NCBI GenBank assembly: GCA_044356215.1
Contig: JBIKWQ010000053.1
Location: forward strand, 1-24,577
Length of the DNA: 24,577 bases
Source: Bdellovibrionota bacterium
GTDB lineage: Bacteria; Bdellovibrionota_C; UBA2361; OMII01
Direction: 5' to 3'
The notes beneath the pieces were generated by a model. It saw only the letters and a program-made list of their open reading frames with translations, ran no database searches and was not told the origin of the DNA. Below are positions 18,046 through 24,577 of the stretch, in pieces (position 1 is the first letter of the stretch; each line of letters begins with the position of its first letter). The translations under genes were made by a program, and so were the position numbers.

Positions 18046-18984
18046 ATGGGATATCACATCAGAATTGAGACAAAAAAAATTGCATCTTTTCAGACGACTC
18101 GCACGCGGAACTCCGAGCTATGGTTGGTTAACAGAAAGAAGCTGGAAGACGCGATTCTGGGCTATGCAGCCCGATACACAACCCGTCATGAAGTAGATCT
18201 TTACGCTCTCGCGCTGGAAGGCAACCATACGCACAATGCAGCTCTTTTTCCCAAAGCTAATCGAGCCCACTTCATGCGAGATTTCAATTCATCAGTAGCT
18301 CGCGCCGTCAATCGGTATCAAGAAGACTACCCGGGTGGCAAGCTTTGGCATAGGCGCTACTCATCAGAGCTACTCCCCACCCCAGAGGATATAGAGAACT
18401 GGTTCTTCTATATAGTCCTGCAGCCCGTACAGGATGGACTAGTCGCTGATATCAAGGATTACCCGGGATATAATTGCTTTGAAGATGCCGTCACAGGAAC
18501 CTCTCGAACTTACCAAGTCGTCAACTGGAAGGCTTATAATGACGCCAGGCGTTGGCGTAAGCATGTATCGATTAATGATTTCACCGACTCGTACAGCTTG
18601 AAGTTTAAGAGACTTCCTGGCTATGAGCACTTATCACAAGAAGCTTACGCGACGATGATGCGAAGCAAGTTGCGCAAAAGAACAGAGAAAATCCTTGAAG
18701 AAAGGGGCCCTAAGCCTTTTATGGGAGTTAGGGCCATGTCACTTACCAAGCCTGGCGCCCGTCCAAATAAGACAAAGGTAAGCGGGCCTAATGACCACAG
18801 GCCTCGAGTACTTTCTCTCAAAGCGACAAAAAAGCGAGAGGTTCTCTCATGGTACTTTGATACTCAGCATGACTATAAGTCGGCCTCAAAACGCTACCGG
18901 GGCGGAGACCTCGACGTAAAGTTTCCGCCGGGCACGTACAAGCCTCCACTTTTTACCGTGGCCTATTCCGGTTCATTTACTTAA
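18046..18984 (+). CDS. Y1/HUH REP-associated tyrosine transposase-like protein (IS200/RAYT superfamily)
   Basis: F.TTR, EGNHTH (HUH, 18226-18234), FMRDFNS, LWHRRY, YIVLQPVQDGLV (candidate catalytic Tyr); start 18046 matches the paralog (ORF from GTG 18040). Confidence 0.85.
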   Translation: MGYHIRIETKKIASFQTTRTRNSELWLVNRKKLEDAILGYAARYTTRHEVDLYALALEGNHTHNAALFPKANRAHFMRDFNSSVARAVNRYQEDYPGGKLWHRRYSSELLPTPEDIENWFFYIVLQPVQDGLVADIKDYPGYNCFEDAVTGTSRTYQVVNWKAYNDARRWRKHVSINDFTDSYSLKFKRLPGYEHLSQEAYATMMRSKLRKRTEKILEERGPKPFMGVRAMSLTKPGARPNKTKVSGPNDHRPRVLSLKATKKREVLSWYFDTQHDYKSASKRYRGGDLDVKFPPGTYKPPLFTVAYSGSFT

Positions 18985-19174
18985 CGAACGACTAGGGCTT
19001 TAAAAATACGAGTCATGTTCTGATTGATGCGCTTCAACGCGTCTTCATGGGGCCTACGGGGTGCCACAAACCTTCGTCAGACCTTAATCTGGCGATTAAT
19101 ATAGCGCTGTCAGCTAGGTCGCCCCTCAGAATCTACTAGACTGGTGTGTTGCAGCAGAATTTAAGATAAACACA

Positions 19175-19203
19175 GCGAGTGATTTTTTTATAAAATCACT
19201 CGC
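19175..19203. terminator. 12-bp perfect hairpin between convergent transposase and Nudix genes
   Basis: GCGAGTGATTTT-TTTAT-AAAATCACTCGC; no clear flanking U-tract. Confidence 0.5.
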
Positions 19204-19220
19204 GTAGGACTTATCCGATA

Positions 19221-19270
19221 CCTCGCCATCTCTGAGAGATCGAGGTGGCTCACGCGCGGTGTCTGAGAAG
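19221..19270 (-). repeat. REP-like direct-repeat doublet, right flank (inverted relative to left)
   Basis: Minus strand: TCTCAGACACCGCGCG (19268-19253, identical to 17852-17867) and TCTCAGAGATGGCGAGG (19237-19221, 2 mismatches to 17822-17838). Confidence 0.85.
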
Positions 19271-19828
19271 AGAGGGATGGCGGAGGGCCAGCATTAGGGT
19301 CGCGATCTGAAGTCCCTGGGGGAACTGCCCCGAATCTATTAGTCCAAGAACCTCATCAACTGTCATCAGCGAAACCTCAATCTCCTCACCTAGGTCTAGC
19401 TCTTGAGCGCCACTCCTCTCTACACCTAACGCTATAAAGGGATGCACTGTGTTGGTTAGGCCCGCGGGATTTGGAGAAAAGCTCCTTAGAGGAATCCATT
19501 CCTGCGCTTGATATCCGGTCTCCTCAAGAAATTCCCGCTTGGCGGCCTCTAAAGGCGATTCAAGAGGCTCTAATCCGCCCCCTGGAAGCTCAAAGCAAAT
19601 TTGACGAGATCCATGTCTGTACTGTCTGTTAATTACGACCTTGCCGTCATTGGTAAAACCAACCACATGCACCCAATCACATACCTCCTGCACGTAATAG
19701 GGCTCTATTGTAATCCCCTCTGCTGTCTCACAAGTATCAGCCCTCAAAGTCAGCCACTTATCCCTAACGATATAATCTGATCTAACAATCTTCCACGGTT
19801 TTATAAAATTATTCACCCAAGCCACCAT
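19250..19828 (-). CDS. Nudix hydrolase
   Basis: Nudix box GGGLEPLESPLEAAKREFLEETGY; RQYRH and SPNP motifs of ADP-ribose pyrophosphatase-like members. Confidence 0.92.
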   Translation of the reverse strand: MVAWVNNFIKPWKIVRSDYIVRDKWLTLRADTCETAEGITIEPYYVQEVCDWVHVVGFTNDGKVVINRQYRHGSRQICFELPGGGLEPLESPLEAAKREFLEETGYQAQEWIPLRSFSPNPAGLTNTVHPFIALGVERSGAQELDLGEEIEVSLMTVDEVLGLIDSGQFPQGLQIATLMLALRHPSLLRHRA

Positions 19829-19939
19829 CTCTTTTAAGCAGGGGCGACCTCACCTTTATAGGTTCGACAAATAACAAGCTTCCCCCATGCGGATAAATCA
19901 GCACTTTAAATCTCCCCGTCAAAAAACTATCATCGTAGC

Positions 19940-20779
19940 ATGAAAATCGACAACCCGATTATTGTCGGTATAGTAAATTGCACACCTGACAGCTTCTCGG
20001 ATGGCCTGTGTATCAATCCAACTACCATCAACTCCAACTCTTGCTCGTCAAGCGATGTATTCATCGAACGCGCTCAATCTCTAATAGATGAGGGAGCGGA
20101 CATGCTTGATGTAGGAGGAGACTCTACTAGACCAGGGTCTGTCTGCGTAAACGACGAGGAGGAATGGAGTCGAATTGAGCCCATCTTGAAGAGATTTTGT
20201 CATAGAATACCGATATCAGTTGATACTCACAAAACCGAGATCGCCAGGCGCGCCATTGAAATGGGCGCAGTTATGATTAATGACATTACCGGTGCCGCCG
20301 ATCCCTCTCTAATTGAGGTAGTGGCTAACTCTAAGGCGCTCTTGGCATTTATGTTCAATAGCTTCAGCTCAGCGCACTGCTTCTCAAATACGAAAACGGC
20401 ACTGACCAAAGACTTAGCTGTTGAGGTCATAGCAGCTTGGGCGAATTCACATTCACAATCCCTTACCTCCCAAGGGATATCATTCGAAAGACAAGTTATG
20501 GATACGGGCCTGGGAGCATTTTTATCTCCCGATGCTGAGGTGTCCTTTCGGATTATCGAAGAATATTGGCGCATTCGCTGCCCTAGCAAAGGTCGAATGC
20601 TAGGCTGCTCTCGCAAAGGTTTTCTTAAACAGTCTGGGGAAAAAGCTCCACATGAAAGGGATCGCGTATCGTCTGATATCGCAATACAGGTAGCGAAAGA
20701 AACTCCTGCCGACACGATCCTCTACCTTAGAGTTCACAACGTTGCGCTACACAGAAAACTCATCAGAGATTCCGGCTGA
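19940..20779 (+). CDS. folP: Dihydropteroate synthase
   Basis: GIVNCTPDSFSDG, DVGGDSTRPG, ISVDT, INDIT, SRK and LRVH motifs. Confidence 0.92.
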   Translation: MKIDNPIIVGIVNCTPDSFSDGLCINPTTINSNSCSSSDVFIERAQSLIDEGADMLDVGGDSTRPGSVCVNDEEEWSRIEPILKRFCHRIPISVDTHKTEIARRAIEMGAVMINDITGAADPSLIEVVANSKALLAFMFNSFSSAHCFSNTKTALTKDLAVEVIAAWANSHSQSLTSQGISFERQVMDTGLGAFLSPDAEVSFRIIEEYWRIRCPSKGRMLGCSRKGFLKQSGEKAPHERDRVSSDIAIQVAKETPADTILYLRVHNVALHRKLIRDSG

Positions 20780-21319
20780 AGCATCGACCTGCTCTGCGGC
20801 AATTTCAAAGCTTCTGATGATTAAACGAATACAGCCTCGAGAATTAAGAGAACTCTCAAGCGCTCGAATCGTATCATTAGTTACCGGATGTTTAAATTCC
20901 GCCGCTATATCGAGCAAAGGGCACAGAACGAAGTCCCTGTTTTGCAGCTCCGGATGTGGGGCCGTTAGCCCCTCTTCACTAATAACAGAGTCTCCATAGA
21001 AGAGGATGTCGAGATCAATAGGTCGCGGAGCCCAGCGCACTGAGTCCTCACGTTTTCTCTTGAATACCAACTCGGTCTCAAGCAAAATTTGCAAAACGCG
21101 CCCAGCAGCGATGTCTGTATCAAAGGCGATCACAGCGTTGAAGTAATTGGTCTGGGATGGGCTCCCATCAAGTGTAAGCGCTCGCGATTCGTACATCTTA
21201 GACTCTGCAACTATGTCACCTAGCTTTTGCTCTAGAATCGACTTTGCAAGACCATATGTAGCCAAAGGATCGCCTAGATTGGCGCCAAATCCCACATACA
21301 GCCTCTTTACTTCACTCAT
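20747..21319 (-). CDS. folK: 6-hydroxymethyl-7,8-dihydropterin pyrophosphokinase
   Basis: GFGANLGD, YFNAV, RWAPRPIDLDIL, PHPELQNRDFVL motifs. Confidence 0.93.
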   Translation of the reverse strand: MSEVKRLYVGFGANLGDPLATYGLAKSILEQKLGDIVAESKMYESRALTLDGSPSQTNYFNAVIAFDTDIAAGRVLQILLETELVFKRKREDSVRWAPRPIDLDILFYGDSVISEEGLTAPHPELQNRDFVLCPLLDIAAEFKHPVTNDTIRALESSLNSRGCIRLIIRSFEIAAEQVDASAGISDEFSV

Positions 21320-21377
21320 ACTTCTCAGCTCGACCCGGAACCTTTTAAACTAATGCTTTAGCTGTTTAAACAACTTA

Positions 21378-23210
21378 TCAGATACTATAATGACTTCCTT
21401 CCGAATTGCCATAGCTACGCGCGCCAGCAGCGAGGTCTTTTTGATTATCCTCGACTACTAGTCGAGCCGGCCACATTCCTCTCAACGAATTGATCATATA
21501 AAAGCCTTCCGCCCCTGCTAAATCAGCTAGCTTAATAATCCGCTCTTCAACCTGTCCCGTCGAAACGAGCTGCTCTCTAAAACACCCAGGCAAAAGTCCG
21601 CTGGTCAACGCAGGTGTAAACAATTCCCCGCCGATCTGAATCACTAGATTAGCTATCCGCGACTCCGTCACCTCACCTCTATTGTTCCATAAAAGAACAT
21701 CACTTGCTCCAGGAATACTTGGCAAAGCTTGATCATAAACCGACCTATCTACAGTCTTATGCCTAAGGCGCGGATCGTTCACATCCACACTGTTAATAGC
21801 TAGTGATAACGTGTAATCACCCATATTGCTGTCAAACAGAGATGTCTCTACTCGAGTGCAACCCTGTGAATTTAGTATAAGTCTCACTTTAAGATTGCTC
21901 CCTGCTGTTCGTGACAGCTCTATGGACCTCAGGAGCTCAGCCTCGATTTTTCTCACATCACACGGATATCCGAAATATCTGGCACTTTTTGACAACCTGG
22001 CCAGATGCCTCTCCAAAAGCCAAAATCCACTATCAGCAGACCACCGGATAGTCTCAAGAAGATCCGGATTAACGATTTGCAATCCGGCGCTACGAACCTT
22101 TAGGAGACATTCATCGTACTCATTCATGCGACGAGAATCCCAAACCACCCCGCTACCAACTCCGTACTCTGCGGATTTAGTCAATAAATCAACTACTGCA
22201 GTTCTAATAGCAACATTAAACCAACACCTATCACCTGGAGCGAAAACACCTATTGAACCTGTGTAAAGATTGCGAGGAGAGGTTTCGACATCCCTGATTA
22301 CCTCCATGGTGCTTTTCTTAGGGGCTCCCGTTATCGAAGCCGCGGGGAAAGTGCACTTAAGCAGGTCCGCTACGGACGAGTCAGTATGAGCCGTTACCTC
22401 ACTCACCATCTGAAGCACTCCAGGATAGCGCTCAACACTAAAGAGCTCTTTAACTCGCACCGAGGAATCGCTCGCGATTCGGCTTAAGTCATTCCTGATC
22501 ATATCCACGATCATTACGTTTTCAGCGCGCTCTTTGTCCGACATCACCAATGCCGTAGCCTCAGCATCATCCGCCGCTGCGTCCCCTCGTCTCTTGGCGG
22601 TTCCCTTCATTGGACGACAGGCTATCCCCTTTCCCGATTTTTCAAAAAACAGCTCCGGCGAAGCACAGCAAATAGCATGAGAGCCCGCTTCAATATAAAA
22701 ACTGTAGCGGCCTGCTTGCCTAGCCTGCATTGAATGAAACAGCGCGTACGCATCTCTCACACCGAAAGCCTTCAGACGGAAAGAGAGGTTAACTTGATAG
22801 GTATCCCCCTCCGCGATATGCCTATGCACCATGTCGAAGGCTTCTTCGTAGCCGTCTTTTCCCATCAATGGCCACCAAGAAGTTTTTGAGTCTCCATTAG
22901 GACATGGCAAATCATCAAGCCTACGAGGCTCATCAAAAACGCCAAACCAAACCAGCGGCACATCGATTCCTTCTCCCTTTGTGAGCAGGTCGTCGAATGC
23001 GGCTGATGCATCATAAGACACCCAACCAACAACCCAGCGATTATCAAGCCGCGCGAGGCGCTCGGCCTCCTCTATTATCGAAAGAACCTCATCGACCTCA
23101 TGCGAAGCTAAAATCAAGAGAGGATCCCTGAACTCGAGCCAACGCCCCGAACCAGGCTCTCGGGCCAAAACATAACCTACACTGTTTTTGACTTGTCTAT
23201 TGTCGCTCAT
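21378..23210 (-). CDS. pabB: Aminodeoxychorismate synthase component I fused to class IV aminotransferase (ADC lyase), PabB-PabC
   Basis: GDTYQVNLS, SPELFF, PMKGT, KERAENVMIVDMIRNDL, SITGAPK, FNVAIRT; C-terminal LLERHLARL, HKT, GEVTE..IAN, GLLPG, NSLRG. Confidence 0.92.
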   Translation of the reverse strand: MSDNRQVKNSVGYVLAREPGSGRWLEFRDPLLILASHEVDEVLSIIEEAERLARLDNRWVVGWVSYDASAAFDDLLTKGEGIDVPLVWFGVFDEPRRLDDLPCPNGDSKTSWWPLMGKDGYEEAFDMVHRHIAEGDTYQVNLSFRLKAFGVRDAYALFHSMQARQAGRYSFYIEAGSHAICCASPELFFEKSGKGIACRPMKGTAKRRGDAAADDAEATALVMSDKERAENVMIVDMIRNDLSRIASDSSVRVKELFSVERYPGVLQMVSEVTAHTDSSVADLLKCTFPAASITGAPKKSTMEVIRDVETSPRNLYTGSIGVFAPGDRCWFNVAIRTAVVDLLTKSAEYGVGSGVVWDSRRMNEYDECLLKVRSAGLQIVNPDLLETIRWSADSGFWLLERHLARLSKSARYFGYPCDVRKIEAELLRSIELSRTAGSNLKVRLILNSQGCTRVETSLFDSNMGDYTLSLAINSVDVNDPRLRHKTVDRSVYDQALPSIPGASDVLLWNNRGEVTESRIANLVIQIGGELFTPALTSGLLPGCFREQLVSTGQVEERIIKLADLAGAEGFYMINSLRGMWPARLVVEDNQKDLAAGARSYGNSEGSHYSI

Positions 23211-23465
23211 CCGCTAAACACGCGATAAACAGGGCCTTGCCGTTAAGCTAACCGAAGTTTGACAATAAAGACACCGTCACTCACCCAATAAAGCCCGAGA
23301 GTCAAATCAATTAGTCGACAGCGACACCGAGTATAGAGATTAACACGCTAATTTTATTACTCTTCCATTTGGCTCAAGTATATTCTAGAACATTATAAAC
23401 GCGACGGCCGATGTGAGGTTAAATCCGGTAATAATTATGTTCAGGTCAGCTTGGTCGATTTGTAG

Positions 23466-24212
23466 ATGATATTGATGTTCTGCTTCAGGCTATTTACCGC
23501 TGCCGTTTTTTTGATATCGCTGTCTGGCTGCGCAATTAAAGAGCGGGCGGATCCGGTAGCATCAACTTTTATAGACGACGTACCTTTGGAATCAAAAGTC
23601 GACGGCATCCCTTTTCTTCAATCCTGGATCGTCCCTCACGAGCAAGCACTCCCATACAAAAGTATCTATATCAAGCCGGTCCGAACTGACTTAATTCCAA
23701 AAGATATGTGGCGTCAGAGCAAAGGCTTGGCAGTGTCATCCGAGCAGGAGTTCCAAAAAGACGCCGCTGTTATAGCGAGGTATTTCCGTATTCGCTTGAT
23801 TAGCGAACTTAACAACATGCAAACCAAGCGTTTTGCTATAGTCGATACACCGGATAACGATTCTCTCGTTCTAGAAATCGCGATTACGGAGCTAGTTCTA
23901 TCCGAGCCAATTGTAAGAGCGGCCGCTCTTGCCGTACCATTTCCAGGAGTAGATCTCGCACTCTCGACAATCTCTGACCCCCATGTATCTTTCGCCGCTC
24001 GCTTTACATCACATAGGGAGTCAAAATTGGTCGCGACTGTAGCGGACCGTCGGTTTCCTCCAATTCGCTTGATTGATCTCAATAAACTGCGGGCAAGAAG
24101 CTCAGCTCGTGAAATCATAGCGAACTGGGCAAGGCAATTAGCTCAAGCGATCCAACTGGACGAATTCAAGAAAGTACAGCGCAACTCTTGGTTCTCTATC
24201 CTGCCCTGGTAA
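23466..24212 (+). CDS. Lipoprotein, DUF3313-like
   Basis: Lipobox LSGC after a hydrophobic stretch; SIYIKPV, LEIAITEL, ATVADRR and WARQL pattern. Confidence 0.7.
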   Translation: MILMFCFRLFTAAVFLISLSGCAIKERADPVASTFIDDVPLESKVDGIPFLQSWIVPHEQALPYKSIYIKPVRTDLIPKDMWRQSKGLAVSSEQEFQKDAAVIARYFRIRLISELNNMQTKRFAIVDTPDNDSLVLEIAITELVLSEPIVRAAALAVPFPGVDLALSTISDPHVSFAARFTSHRESKLVATVADRRFPPIRLIDLNKLRARSSAREIIANWARQLAQAIQLDEFKKVQRNSWFSILPW

Positions 24213-24244
24213 CAGTGGTCACAAGACAATTTGTTTTAGATTGC

Positions 24245-24451
24245 TTACTCTTCGTAATAATTTAAGTCAGCGTGAAAAGACTCTCGTAACCTGGACAGTC
24301 CCCAAAAAGCGGCCGAAAAGACCACACAGGTCACGACTAATACTGTATTCGGTATAGAAATATACTTCTTTAGTTGAATGAATAATACTGTTATTGGGAT
24401 GGCCGTTGCCCGCACAAAATTCGGCACCATCGTCGCTACTGTAGCTCTAAT
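24245..24451 (-). pseudogene. C-terminal remnant of an MFS transporter
   Basis: Frame reads IRATVATMVPNFVRAT...two TM segments...LRESFHADLNYYEE; homology is lost above 24451 and there is an in-frame TAG at 24502-24500. Confidence 0.6.
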
Positions 24452-24577
24452 ATAGTAGGTAACGTGGGATAGTTTACTTTTTGTATCAAAAAAAAGAGAC
24501 TATACGCTGGGACTGGTGTTTTAATTCTCGCATTACTTTGCCGACATTCGAGCGGAGCTCAACTTTGTTTTTGGCTG

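Larger units (their letters stand above)
17821..19270 (+). mobile_element. RAYT-like locus bounded by inverted repeat doublets
   Basis: Transposase flanked by repeat doublets on opposite strands; no target-site duplication seen. Confidence 0.65.

Noticed and set aside
18046..18984. Classical IS200/IS605 element
   Set aside because: The protein is about twice the length of TnpA, there is no tnpB, and the flanks are multi-copy repeats.
23211..23465. Possible folate/pABA riboswitch or sRNA in the 255-bp intergenic region
   Set aside because: No recognisable aptamer motif or strong stem; a divergent promoter region explains it.
556..24118. Short overlapping or antisense ORFs in the track (e.g. 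3403..3744, 9563..9898, 20227..20715, 21826..22266, 23714..24118)
   Set aside because: Shadow frames of well-supported genes, with no motifs of their own.

Overview
Bacterial chromosomal window (standard genetic code) of mostly housekeeping genes: class I cytochrome c, long-chain acyl-CoA ligase, ferredoxin-NADP reductase, trmL, a GAF-PAS-PAS hybrid histidine kinase, an EEP-family nuclease, a RuvC-like nuclease, pdhA/pdhB, a gamma-carbonic-anhydrase-like protein, ffh, a folate cluster (Nudix, folP, folK, pabB-pabC fusion) and a DUF3313-like lipoprotein. The most notable element is a Y1/HUH REP-associated-type transposase (18046-18984) bracketed by inverted doublets of a 16-17 nt repeat (consensus TCTCAGASACCGCGCG). 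A third doublet lies about 12 kb away (5826-5891), and a second, diverged transposase paralog missed by the ORF track runs off the window start (1-315) with HTQ in place of HUH. A stand-alone Upf1/DNA2-like SF1 helicase (possibly Mokosh type II-like, with no PLD domain) sits head-to-head with the transposase. Also seen: a Sul-like loop in folP, and two gene remnants (an ABC substrate-binding protein and an MFS transporter). All family assignments come from motif recognition by eye; no database searches were run.
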